The notes beneath the pieces are model-generated. The model did not search any database. It saw only the letters and a program-made list of their open reading frames with translations, and was not told the DNA's origin. A stretch of 64,000 nt of DNA from assembly GCA_028534125.1 (NCBI GenBank), contig CM052817.1, forward strand, positions 22,198,001 to 22,262,000, given 5' to 3'. This DNA is from Lama glama (Eukaryota). Below are positions 14,066-26,688 of this stretch, one piece after another. The position numbers and the translations under genes were made by a program. Position 1 is the first letter of the stretch, and each line of letters opens with the position of its first letter.

Positions 14066-14726
14066 ACTACTACCATTCAAGCCATGAAGCAAATACCTTT
14101 GATTATCTTCCTACTCACTTTTTATCATATAATTTTGCAATTCTTTCCTCATTTCAATGAACCTTGATTCCATGCTGTAATACTCTGAGCTCTGTGGTTT
14201 TCTTTTGTTTATTTTACAGATTAAAATCATTATTGATTCTCTGAAAAATGCAGTCATAAACTGATTATATCTTAACATAAGTCACATTATTTTTTGGAAA
14301 AGTAATAATATTTTCTAAAACCAAAAATTATTTCTCAAGACTTAGAATTAATCGGCAAATACAATTGTATCTATTAAAGTGTACAACGTGATGCTTTAAT
14401 ATACATATACGTTGTCACTGCTTTGAATCTGGTTTCCTGAATTAGTCTCAATTTAGCTTGCTCTTCTGTTTTTGTTCCTCTGTTTTTACTACCCCCAGAG
14501 CTCTTGATTAAGAAACCTTCATCTTTGTATATAAGAACTCACTTTTAGAGCAATTACATATTGAATACAAGCTATGTGGGCCTGCATGAAAATTTCAATT
14601 ACCCACCCATTTCCTAAACAAAACACAGAAATCAGAGATAAACAAATAACCAAACACACACATAGTTATTTTTCTGATCCAATTTAATGTATAATTATTG
14701 AGTAGATATTATGTGCCCCAAACATA

Positions 14727-15466
14727 TGTTGGTAGCGAAAGAGGTGAGAAATCTTGAGGCAGAGAGTTTCTCGTATTTGAGGATGGTCAGTGAGTTCACA
14801 GCTCTTTAGAGAAATTTAGGCCCTTGTGAAGTACAGCTCATTTAACCCTGGATTCCAACAAGCCTTCCTTGGCCTGTATCAGGGGAATGACTGTCCTTTT
14901 ATCAGTTGACTGAATGGGACTGGGCTGTGATAACTGTTCTGAAGTGGACATGAGAGGAGGATCCATTAGGCCATGGCTTTTCCAGAGCGTGTTCCTTCTC
15001 GTGTGTCCTGCTCTGTTGGCATGTGGCATTCAAGAGCACACAGTGGCCAGCAGCTTCCCTGGCACCCTCTTGGGTGATTCTGCGGCTGGTTGCCTCCAGT
15101 GAGATACCTCCCACGAATAGGTTTCCCTGGCTCATCCATAGAGGATGCATTTCCAGCAAATGTGGCCAACCAGCACCACAGTGGCTTCTGTGCCATTTGG
15201 TGAGTCAAAGCTGCGCCCTCTCCAGCACCACCAGGGATCTTTGCCCCAGGTGAGTGCCTTTCCTTGGGTTTTCTATCCCAGTCCCGGCGGTCATGGCTGT
15301 TCCTTACAGCCGGTCTTCGTACATGCTTTAAAGTGCCTTCAATTACCTCTTACTGATCAATCTCTTATTACCCCAATCCTGGTTGTACTTAAATATTGTT
15401 CATATTAATCTTTTATTGCTCAAATTACAGTGTGATTTCCATCTCCTGCTTTGAGTAACTAATACA
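14727..15466 (+). mobile_element. ERVL LTR (LTR41/LTR52-like); 5' boundary uncertain
   Basis: GC-richer block ending caaattacagtgtgatttccatctcctg...actaataca, which is the typical end of this LTR group. Confidence 0.6.
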
Positions 15467-15919
15467 AGAAACCTTAAAGAATTGTTAAGAAAAACTGTGA
15501 CTCTGAAATAGGCAAAAAATATTACCTAGTATCTAGTGCACCCTTCTGGGTTTTCTGTGCCTTTCATTTTCTTTGAACTTTTTTACATTTTGTCAAGATA
15601 TAGAAAAATGATAGTAGTGGAAATGATTCTTTTCATACAAATGCAAATTAATTTTGTCCATTGTGGGTACTATTGATTGTTCCCCAAAAACCAGCTTTAG
15701 ATATATGTTAACACCTTTATTTCAACGTCCCCGATTGTGTGTGTGTTTTTTGTATTCACTTTTGAATCTACTGTAATATTTTCTGATTCCCTCTTAATTA
15801 ATGAGTTAAATATAATCTTTGATATCTGTTTAAAAGTATGTTGGCAAAAATAGCACCTGCGTCATGAAATGTCTATGAAAATTAGATGAGGGATTGGGTG
15901 TGATGAACACACATGCACA

Positions 15920-16347
15920 GCCTCTCTCATCAACATCCTCTGCCACAAAGTGGTACGTTTATTATATTTGATGGTCCTTTATTGACATAACATTATCACC
16001 CCAATCCGTAAGTATGTGAAGGTTCACTCTTGGTGTTGTAGACTCTATGAGACTGAACGAATTTACAACTACATGTATCCACTGTTATAACATCATATAC
16101 AATAGTTTCACTGCCCTAAGTATTTTCTGGGCTTCTCCTTTTCATCCATCCCTGCCACTTAAGCCCCAGCTACCACTAATTGTATTATTTTCCCTACAGT
16201 TTTACCTTTTCCAGAATGTCATACAGTTGGAATCATACAATATGTAGCCTTCTCAGATTGGCCCTTTTCACTTGGTAAAGTGCATTCAAATCTCCTCCTT
16301 GTCTTTTTATACTTGAAAACTAATTTCTTTTTTATGTTGAACAATAT
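15920..16347 (-). mobile_element. L1MC-type 3'UTR fragment
   Basis: Motifs ggttcactcttggtgttgta, aatagtttcactgcccta and ccttttccagaatgtcatacagttggaatcatac. Confidence 0.8.
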
Positions 16348-16725
16348 TGTAGAAATTGGCAAATTGATTCTAAAATTTAAATGACTAAGCAAACAACCTG
16401 AAATAGCCATCTTTTAAAGATAACTTTGAAGTTCTTACACTGCCTCATTTCAAGAGTTAGTCAATCTTCAGTGAATAATCAGTATGACATTAACTTAAAG
16501 ATAAGCAAATACAGCAATGGAACAGAAACAGGTCCACATATGTACAGACCACTGATTTTCAAAAAAGCTGTAAAGATGTAAAGTTTGGTGAGGAATGGAT
16601 AGATTAGATGAGTGGTGCTAGAACTAAATTAGAACTAAATGCAAAACTGAAACAAAACAAAACATAAGAAACTTTGATGCACACCTTGAATTATACTCAA
16701 ATAGTAACTTCCAAATGGATCCTTA
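16348..16725 (+). mobile_element. Old L1 ORF2 fragment, inverted relative to the adjacent L1MC piece
   Basis: tgtagaaattggcaaattgattctaaaattta...gcaatggaacagaa...actgattttc...aaatggatc. Confidence 0.7.
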
Positions 16726-17769
16726 TGTTTTTCAGCATATTCACTAACAATCTTTCTTTTTTTTAAAATTTTAATTTCTATTAGGTTTCTAGGGGAAGCA
16801 ATGAAAACACTTCAGTTTAAGAGATTTTCCAATGTTCCTTATTAATTTTATATCTGTTTGTACCCAGACCTTATGGCTGAGATGGATAAATTTAGTAAAC
16901 GCATAGCAGGGAATGAGAATCTATACCAGATATTATGTAAGAACCTATTCTGGTATGAGCATCCCAGGCAATCAGATTCACTGTAATCGTTTTAAAAATA
17001 ATTTTTCATTTTTACTTATTGTAAATTAGTTTATCACTTTACTAAATTATTATTAGTTCATCATAGTTAGAAAAAATTTCGCTGAAAAAAGTTAATTCCA
17101 GATTTTTATGTAGAATGGCTCTTTTTGACAGGAGAAGCAGCACTCTTGGATGAAGCCTTGGTCTTTCTAGCCCCTCAAGGACAGTTCCCACCCACTGAAG
17201 TAAATGATAATCCTTTCCTTCTGTGAGAGCAAGGAAAGTGCCATTTCCATTGAAATTCCTTCTTCGTTCACCATGAATTTGATTGCTTTGAGTCAATTTC
17301 CCCTTGAAAATAGCATTGTCTCCTAAAGGGAACCAGCAATAGAAGTTCATTAGCCATTACTCCACACAGAGAAGACTGTGTGCACTGTCTTCAGAATTGC
17401 TTAGCAAAGACATTTACAGAGAGACATTTTCTTTCACTTTTTTCCTAAACATTGTTATCCATTTTATTTTAATAATTTTCCTCAATGCTGTAAATCTCAT
17501 GTTTATTCATGGCTGGATACAGTCCCTGGACCTATTGTTTTAGGACACACTAATTCTATCTTGTTCTTGATCATTTTTGTATCCAAACCCAGAACCTAGC
17601 ATGGTATCCAAAATCAACTTGGTACATAATAAATATTAAATAATTTTTTTTAAATGCTCAATTTTGGAAGGAGTTCAATAAAAAAAGCTACTTTTTTTTA
17701 TACTTGTGGTAGACAGGAACTTTGGCCAAAGTATCAGTAATTCAAAATATTTACATCTTTTTTTTTTAC

Positions 17770-17980
17770 CAATTTATCTTTTGGAACCATGCCCAAAGGA
17801 AATAATCAGAACAGTGCAAAGAAGTACACACAAGTAAATTCAATATAGCAATGTTTATAATAGAATAAACAAGCAAACAAACAAAAGCCAATATATCTAA
17901 GTGGCATAATATAAAGGAGAATGAGTCAGTAAATCATGGCAAATCTATACAATGGAAGAATATAATTCTATTGAAAAGAT
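17770..17980 (+). mobile_element. L1ME-type 3' fragment
   Basis: cccaaaggaaataatcaga...gcaatgtttataatag...aaatcatggcaaatctatacaatggaa. Confidence 0.5.
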
Positions 17981-19214
17981 GTATTTTTTTAATTTCAAAA
18001 TGTTCTCTTACCTATTCTTTTTCATACTTTGGGCATGCATTATTTTTATGCCTATACATATTTATATATTAATATCTCCATATATAATATAATATAGATG
18101 TCTGTGTATGTATAAATATGTAATGTATGTACATATATACATTTTGGTGGGGGTAAAGTTTGCATTCTTCTTTGCTTTGTTTTTTTGTTTTGTTTCTAAC
18201 TTTACCTTTGGATGAGATTATTTCCATCTGAGCTATTACTCGCCTCAAAAAGCATCTCTTCTCTGTTTACCCAGATACTATCTTGATCTTCTCTTTGGCA
18301 CCTGAGTGGGAGGACTGGGTATACTTTATTTTTATGAGTCAGTAGTTCTCTCTCTGAGGAGCATGAAGAAAGGAGATGGGGACTTGTTTCCAGGGTCAAC
18401 AGCTGGGAAACTTTGATTTAGTACATTGTCTCCCTGATTTTGTTGAAACTATGTTACCAAAGTCCAAGGATATCATAAGGATTTTCCTAGCCTTTGATTT
18501 CTGTTCATACTCCAGATTTGGGTGTTCCCATCTAATTCATGGAGAAAATTGTTTATAATAAGGTCCTCCAACTGGAGGACTTTTGTCCATGATTGCTCAG
18601 CACTTATTTTTCTCTGAAACATGTCAGTTATTTTGGCCTGAACTCTGGCCTCTAGGTGGAGGAATTTTAGTGGAGTCCTTAAAAATACATTCTTCAGACA
18701 TAAACCACCACTGAAGAGTTCTCTGTAGAAAAGGAAGGTTGTGCCAACTCCCTATCATGTGTTCCAATTTGTTTCTCTTTTGTCCATGGTATACTGTATT
18801 TAGCTGATAGTTCACAGAACTTTGTTCTGTAAGTTAGGGAGTCTACTCTAGTTCCAGTAGAAATTAATATTCTACTATATTTTTTAAATTCTTTGTAAGA
18901 GAGAGACTCTATTTGGTCTATCCCAGGTTAAATGCTCTCAAGTCCAAGCAACTATGATTCTCATATAGTGAAGTCATCAACAAACATGTTTGGAGGGGTT
19001 CTATTTCTAGGTGAGGAGAAGTTCTTAGGGAAGAAGTAAACAAAAAAGAAAAATGCAATTGTTGGGAAATGGATATACATTTTAGACTTTTTTTTTTTAC
19101 TAAAATCAAGCAATTTTGTTAGACACTTTACCTAATTCATTATCAATCAACCCCAAATTCAAAAAGATTTATCTTAGTGAAATTAAGTGCAATCCCTTCA
19201 TTGCATATATAATC

Positions 19215-19784
19215 TGCCAAAGTAAATATCACACCAAAGTTAGGCAAGAAGGACTTTATTCAAGGCTATTGCAATAGGAGAGAAAGGACAGAGTTCAATT
19301 CAGACTGAATTCTGTGGAAACTAAGAGTGGGAGGTTTTTGTTTTTGTTTTTTTCATTGCTAGAGGAAAAGTACTGGAACATTAAAATGGAGGTCTATCAG
19401 TGGGAAGTGTGAAGCATATTGTTACTGCTGAGTTTGCAAGTGTTTTTTCTCTATGATTAGACCATCTGTGTTTGCTAATTGGCACCCATCAAAGTCAGGC
19501 TCCTACCCTCCCACTGAGACTGGGAAATAGGGGTCCTATCTTTCTGGATAAGTACATTTCAAAGGGATGGCTCTCAAGTCCTTGAGAAAGAAATTCCTGG
19601 GTTGTAGAACTGGCAAGACTCTTTAAAAGACTCACATATACCACAAAGAGTCAGAGAAAAAATTTATAATGATATGTTCTCTAAAGTAAATGCTCTAAGT
19701 AAAGGGATACCAGGACCTAGAGTCAGTAAGAAGCCTGCTGACTGTTTAGTTAAATTGGGAGAAACATTAAGACCATCTTGGTCA
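19215..19784 (-). mobile_element. Solo ERV1 LTR (MER67/MER31-like), same family as 5131-5743
   Basis: TG...CA ends, perfect TSD AATC (19211-19214/19785-19788), and antisense motifs ctaaagtaaatgctctaag and gactttattcaaggctattgcaa. Confidence 0.88.
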
Positions 19785-20011
19785 AATCCTAGGTAAATAA
19801 AAATACTTTTAACTTTTCTTGATTCATTTTTACTTAGTCTGTGCTAATTCTTATTGAATACCATCTTTTGAAAGTAATGTCAAAACATCTTTTGTTTTCA
19901 AAATGTGTTTAAAAATGTTAAGTTCATGAGTTAGCCCTGAAAAGCAAATCTATAACTCTTAAGTTTCAGTACTATTTTTTTCTCTATAGAATTATATGAA
20001 TTCTTCAGTTA

Positions 20012-20385
20012 TGGGAGAAACAGCACGGGTGATAATGACATGGGTGCAAATTAGACTTGCGTTCAATCACTACTGAAGTACTTACTAGCTTTGCTGGTTG
20101 GGAAAATTTCTCTAAGTGTCAGAAACATTTGAGATGGAGGAAAGTTATAGCTCAGTAGAGTACACAGCATACATGAAGTCCTGGATTCCATCCCCAGTAC
20201 TTCCATTATAAATAAATAAATAAGAACGTAATTACCCCCCCACCATAAAGATTTTTTTTAAAAATTGAAAACTACAGTGCATATTTACTTTGCAGAACTT
20301 TTAGGAAGTACAGTGAGATAATTTATGTAAAGAGTCTAAATGAATAGACTGTGTTCATAGTATGAGCTCAATAAATCTGTGTATT
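20012..20385 (+). mobile_element. MIR relic split by the SINE at ~20133
   Basis: acttactagctttg before the SINE, and gagataatttatgtaaag...catagtatgagctcaataaat after it. Confidence 0.6.
20133..20265 (+). mobile_element. Vic-1-type tRNA-derived SINE (camelid-specific)
   Basis: A-box-like tatagctcagtagag, B-box-like ctggattccatccccagtac, then (AAAT)n and aattacccccccacc with an A/T tail. Confidence 0.8.
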
Positions 20386-20940
20386 ATCATTAATGTATTT
20401 AATATTATATTAATATAATTAGTATAATATATTTGTAATGTTAAGTTATATAAGTCAAAAATTATACTTTTCCTCTTTAAATATATTTGTGGCAAAAAGT
20501 GTAGTCCTTGGGTCATAAATGATTAAGACTTAAAAAAAAATCTGAAGGAAATTTAACAGAGGATAGGATGCCTATAGCCTCCACCGTGGGTCTGATGAGT
20601 TGGCCCCATCTTGACAGAACTGCTCATTTCTTGCATTTACCTAATTTCTTTGGCTTTGTCTGCCAGCTCTGTAAAAAACAGTTAACTTTTTAGAACATTT
20701 AGTTCAAATATGGACAGGAATATTCTTGCCAAGGAAGGTACAATCTTGGTATAAGTCAAAGGAGTACAGCTGAAAAAAAATAAGCTAAATGATATGAATC
20801 TTATAGGCTGTATTTTTTACTTTTTCTATTGATAATCTGTATACTTGATGCAGAAATATGTGGGTAAGAATTATATAAGAACCCTTTTTTTTTGGCCAGG
20901 GTACAAAGTGGATCCATACAAAAATCTCACATTTAGGGGC

Positions 20941-21279
20941 TGCTATGGGTTGAATTGTGTCCCCTAAGTTGAAGCCCTAACCCCCAGGATAATGGTATTT
21001 GAGATGCAGTCTTTGGCAGATAATTAGGTTTTGATGAGGCCTTGAGGGTAGAACCCTCAAAATGGGATTAGTGCTTTGCAAGGAGAGGAAGAGACACTAG
21101 AACCCCCTCTCTGTCATGTGAGGACTCACGCAGAAGGTGGCAAAGAAGCCAGAAAGAGAGCTCTTACCAGGATGCTGGCATCCTGATCTTGGACTTCCAG
21201 CCTCCAGAACATGGAGAAAATAAATTTCTGTTTTAAAATCTGTGGTATTTTGTTGTTGCAGCCCACACTGACTAAGACA
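20941..21279 (+). mobile_element. MLT1A-type MaLR solo LTR
   Basis: tgctatgggttgaattgtgtcccc...gatcttggacttccagcctccagaac...aataaatttctg...gactaagaca. Confidence 0.9.
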
Positions 21280-21416
21280 GAGCTCACACTCATCCCAGAC
21301 ACCAAAAATGGAAAAATGCAAAGAACTTCTTTCCAAAGAAACTTCTGAAAAATAAATGTCTTTAGGGAAAATAAACCCTAAATGATCCTCAAAATGAGTG
21401 TGCTGCAATTTGCCAG

Positions 21417-21811
21417 TGATGGGTTTCACATTACCCCCAAATTTGACAACATTTCACATTGAATATTTTAAGCTGAAGGAGTTTGAGAAAATGGCAGAAG
21501 CAGGAATATCACTCTTACATCCTCCCCAACTGCCCCCTGGCTTTTCTTCTCTGACAGGTCACAAAACCCTCATGTGAGAGGAACCCTCCCGATACTTATC
21601 TTCATCCTTACATCCAAAAGCTAAGGGATGCTGAAAAGAATCTGAACAAACTTTGCTGAGTTTTTTTCCAGGTCTTCATTTCCTTATGAAGGCTCCCTTG
21701 TCGCACAGAACTTTGTATGCTTTTATCCTGTTAATCTGTCTTTGTCAATTTAATTTTTAGACCTAGTCAAGGACCCTAAGAGGGCTGAAAACAGCTTTTT
21801 CCTTCCCTACA
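21417..21811 (+). mobile_element. Solo ERV1 LTR (MER34/MER39-like)
   Basis: attttaagctgaaggagtttgagaaa start motif, ctgttaatctgtctttgtca...ttccctaca end, near-TSD CCAG/TCAG. Confidence 0.75.
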
Positions 21812-22401
21812 TCAGTTATTTAAGAGGAAGTGCATCTCTGCAAAGTAGGTTTTACTCTGAGACAAAATAGACCACTCACTGTTTTTTGAAATCCAAGCAT
21901 TTGAAATGCTTTTTCTTGTAACTTATTCTGCTTGAATCTCCTCTTAACACCAAATCTATCTTTAAACATATTGGTTAATTCTTCAAAGTTTCTTTAACAA
22001 ATGCTGCATTTCTTTAGCTTTAGGGGTTCCTTGGCCTATTATAATGCAAATGAGTTTTGAAAAGTTAACATTACGATTCAATAGTTCATTAATGTGCAGA
22101 AATTATTTATTTCTTCAGTAAACTTTCTCTAAGCCCTTATTCTCTCCCAGGCAATGCCCTAGGAGTTGGGGACACAGGCCTAAACAAAGCAGACCCAAAT
22201 GCCAACCTTTTGGGGTTGGTAATGTTTAAGTAGCTAACAGTCCTAAAGAAGTTTCAACTGGATAGTTAATAGACCATAAGAACCAGAAAATGAGAGAAGC
22301 AGTCACCTAGAATGTATGGATCACTAAATGCTCAAAACTAACTTGACTTTCTTGAAAACTTAGAGAACTGGTGGTGCTTAGTGCAAGTGTTCCAGTATCT
22401 T

Positions 22402-22684
22402 TGTTACTGAAGATAATAGGTTCCTGTCTCACACAGGAAAGGAGTCAAGAGTTAGCCATAGCAAAGTGACAGTAAATTTTTTCAGGGAGATACACACTCC
22501 ATACACAGAGTGTGGGCTTTTACCGTCAGCCTGGGAACCGTCATGGCACCTGTGGGTGTGTAATTAGGCTCAAGGTCTACTGGAAGTTGAACTTTCTGCC
22601 ATCTTGGTTCTAACCAGCTTACCAGTCCTCAGTTGCCGTGTTATTCCTTCAGTGGCTGTGGCCGCCCCCTCCTCTTCTGTCTCA
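22402..22684 (-). mobile_element. Short (283 bp) ERV1-type solo LTR, probably internally deleted
   Basis: TGTT...CTCA ends and perfect 4-bp TSD TCTT (22398-22401/22685-22688). Confidence 0.75.
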
Positions 22685-25600
22685 TCTTCTCCTCTAAGGC
22701 TTTGCTTTCTCTCTCTGAAAATTGAAGGGTTCATAAACTCCTGCATATATAATTTATAGAATATATAAGTGTATATAAAAGAATGGGTCTCAGCACAACG
22801 CCAAAGACTGTATTACAGAGACACATTCTGAAAGGGAGGCACATTTTCCTTTAACATTTGAACATCTCCTCTGATTTATCCTTCATGATTTTACATCAGA
22901 AGGCCACTTTATAGTTCCTATCTATTTGATGATCTGCTCACCAGAAGAAAGAAGGCAATTAAGGACAGCAGGACCCCATTCCCTCACCTTCCACTTGTGT
23001 CTATTTATGGAGAAGTTGTGCTTTTTAGTTTAGATTTTCAGAGGCTCCTGAAAATCTTTTTAGTTATGTAGGTAAGCATCTTTCAGAAGAACATACCTTC
23101 CCCTGAGATGCTTGCAAATATCACATCTGTTGTGGAACACACAGAAGACAGAACTGTGTGCTCTAATTAGAGAGGAAAATTGAAATGTATCAGTGGATCA
23201 CTAAGGGTGACTGATGCGAATAGTTGAAGGAAAATAATTCTTTCTGATTTGAAGCTATGGTTTCTGTACAACTGGTATCTCCATAATAGATAAATCATGA
23301 CTTTACTCTTCCATGACTGTAAATTAACAGTGAGTAAATGGCAAGACATTAGAATTGTACTTTTCCATAAGCATAAGTATAAATGTTAATCTGAATCTCT
23401 TGAGTTTGCAAAATTTGGCTGGAAATACTGTTAAAACATACTTTCTCAAGAGAATGTTCTTTGCTTCCAGCTTCCAAAAAAACTGCAAATACAACAGCAA
23501 CAGCTTTTCATTGCAGCATTTTGGAGCCGTCCCCAACCAGCAGGAAGTGGGATGTATGCAAAGGTCTGCAAAACTGGAAAAAAAAATGCTGCTGTTTTCA
23601 AATAAAGTTCAACAAACTTTGGTTTAACTTCTTGCAAAGGTGCATCAGGATTAGTTTAAATTTCAGGTCAAGAGGCAGCTTGCTTCCTATTTGATCTGCA
23701 GCAATTGAAGCATACCTAATAGAAGCACTATTTTAAACACAAAGGTTAAACACTGTTGCATTTTGACAAAGGTTAAATGCCTATTTACTGAAGTTAATGA
23801 CTTAATAGCATTTTGAATACCATTCTTTATATAAAGGTTAATCTCATATTTTTGACTTCATGTTTCCTTTCTTAAAAGGAAATACTCATTAGGATCCAAA
23901 CAATTATGTAATTGTTAATTTGTTTTGATCTTATTTATAGTACTTCAACCTGAGTATTATCTGTTTTGATTGCAAGAGGGTTTTTTTTTAAGCATTCAAG
24001 AAGAAAAAATACTTAAAGAGAGAAATAAGGTTATCAAAGAATTACTGCTTTCAAAGAGCCAAAAGGAAAGGGATAAAGATTTTAGAAAAATATTGAGGGC
24101 AGAAATATAATCTATGGTGGGATCATATACTTGTTAAGGATGTACATGAGGCCAGTCAATTTCTATTTGTTGTAAAAACAACTTACTGGGCTCAACAGAA
24201 AAATCACAATCAGATGATCATACTTATCAGAAGATGTAAAAAAAAATTATTACACAAGAGAAAGGCTCATAGTCAATTTGGCATTGACTTTTGATGACAA
24301 CTTAGTTAATGATTGCAATAATTTATTAGATATAATGCGTTAATTAGGAAAAATATGCTGAAGTATATCACTCATCCTTTTTTTCAGTATCTCTAAGTGA
24401 CTAAAAAAATACCTCACCTTACTTACTACTCAGAAATTCAGCTAAGAATCCAGATGTAACAAATGGCTGCTGAGTTTTGAAGATGTATACATTTGGGGAA
24501 AATACTCATATTTTCTGTTGCTAGAAATTTATTGCTTTACAAATAAAATAGCAAACTGTGAAGAAACACTTCAATTCAATCACAAGTACCATTAAGAGAA
24601 GTACAGTTGTGGTCAAGTTCATGCGTGTTACATGCAGTTTACTTCAGGGTTATGGTATAAATTACGGAAAATGAAGGAGAGTAATATCAGAAGAACAATG
24701 GGAGAATCCCCCTCCGTTTTAAGGAGAAATCTCAGTCAGACAAAGGAATGCCATCTGGTATGTCTGGAGGTGAAGTTCAGGGAGGAGTAAAAGCCAAATT
24801 TCACTTCTGGATGAGGGAAACAAATGGAATCATGTAAATGGGGCCATGCAGGGAACAGTGGATGATGTGCTAAACTCATGACTAGTTAAAAAAGAATCTG
24901 AAGGTAAATCTAGGACATCGGGGGATAAAAAACCGGTAAAATCCGCTGGTTCAATGTCCCAATAGATCCATGCATCATTTTGTATTTTATTGATTTTGTT
25001 GCTATTCCAAAAAAGCATTTTGTGTTTATTTCTCCATGGTAATTCTTTCTTTCATTTTAGCATTTTTTTTTACCCGACTTCAGTTTATTATTACTGGGGA
25101 GATGTTACTTTCAAGTTTTAATTATAAAAGACTGGTGTCTCCTGACCATTAGGCCTATAATTTGGTATTGGTTACCAAAACTGTTTTAGTTTAGACAATG
25201 ACTTAAGACAAAATAGAATGTATAAAAAGGCAAGAACTTATTGGAGACCATTTGCAACCTTATTCTCACTGGGTGGATGTAAAACATTATAAAGATATTA
25301 TTGTAATTTTGCTTTTAAAAAATGCAGATTTTCTATTTCACAGTGATTCTGAATTGGTTGAAAAGATGAAGAAACTGTTCAGCCAAGCCTTTTATGGCTG
25401 GTTTTCTGGCTATGACGGATGGGTACACTATAAAAATCTAATTACTAAAGATTTAATTCAAGGGATATATAAACTTTTCTTCAGTTTAAAAAGATTATTC
25501 AAACAACATTAAAGGAAAGATGAATACATTGTTTGGTTAAAATGGGGAGAAATATTTTAAAATTAACTTTCTAACCTTCCAAGTCTTAACATGGTTAAGG

Positions 25601-26688
25601 CAAAAACTGTATTTATGAAGTCAGTCCACTGCATATTCTACAATGACGCTTTACTTTTGCAAAGTCAGTAAGAATGAACCTTGGAATATCAGTGCTATCA
25701 GACTATTCCCTACTGTTCTAGTTTAAAGGGGCTACCTGGCAAGGAGAAAAGGTAAATTCTGGAGTAAATAGCTACAATTCATAATCATGCCATTTGGTTA
25801 AAATAAATAAGTATTTTAATAGTAATATAGCACGCTGGTCACTAGGAGAATTAATTTTATCTCAATTTCCAGTTAAATGACATGTAAGAGTTCCAGTATA
25901 AACTTCAAACTTAGAAATAAAAAGATAGCTATCAAACTAACTAGTGATTGTTTGATGATGATTTCTAAGTCATAGATTTAAATTGGATACTTGGGTAAAA
26001 ATAAATTGTCCTTTGATAATTTAATATAGAAGAAGTGTTCCTTAACTTCTTGTGGGATTACAGGGAAAGACAGTCAAGTTGTTTTCCTGCGACTCTGGAG
26101 CTAAGAGTGGAAGAACAACACATCATTAATTGGAGGACTAGGAGGGTCTGACAGTCACCAAGTTTATTTGGCATCTCAAATTCCAATAAAAGACCTGCCT
26201 CTGTCTCTACAGTTTTGCATCCCACTTGTGTGTCCCCTCCCAGTGACACTCCATGTCAGAGAGAATCTTAGTCTTTCTAATCAAACCAATAATAGTTGTT
26301 TCACCTGCTCTCTAATTTCTTAATATTTAGCTTTACACTAACAAAGGAACAATAATCTTGCAATCTGGAACTCTGATTTAGTTTCCTGTCCTTCATCTTA
26401 TGGTCTGCAAGATCTAAGAAGCTCTATAAATGCCAAAAATAATGCATATTGAGTTGTTTAAAGTGTGATAATATTAATGTGATCATTTACTTGAAAGCAT
26501 CCAAAATAATAGCTAGCCCATAATCTCGACTCTCAAGATATATCAATTTACTCTAAATATAAAAACGTTTTGAGGCTGCTTAAAAGCATTTGATAAAGAA
26601 TCATTCTATGATAGAATAATAATCTTAAGAAATACTTTCCTTTGACCAAAATTTCAGGTAACTGGGCAGTGTGGAAAATATTACGAGG

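Noticed and set aside
14838..15408. Cluster of six overlapping ORFs
   Set aside because: They lie inside a GC-richer LTR with fewer stop codons, and none encodes a recognisable protein.
5131..19784. Two same-family LTRs as the ends of one provirus or of an inversion
   Set aside because: They are in opposite orientation, each has its own intact TSD (CTTA; AATC), and no gag/pol/env lies between them.
20145..20205. tRNA gene
   Set aside because: Degenerate A/B boxes, no cloverleaf, and followed by a SINE tail.
25344..25421. Possible plus-strand exon (DSELVEKMKKLFSQAFYGW...)
   Set aside because: The acceptor is plausible, but the donor (GG|GTACAC) is weak and the peptide is unrecognised.
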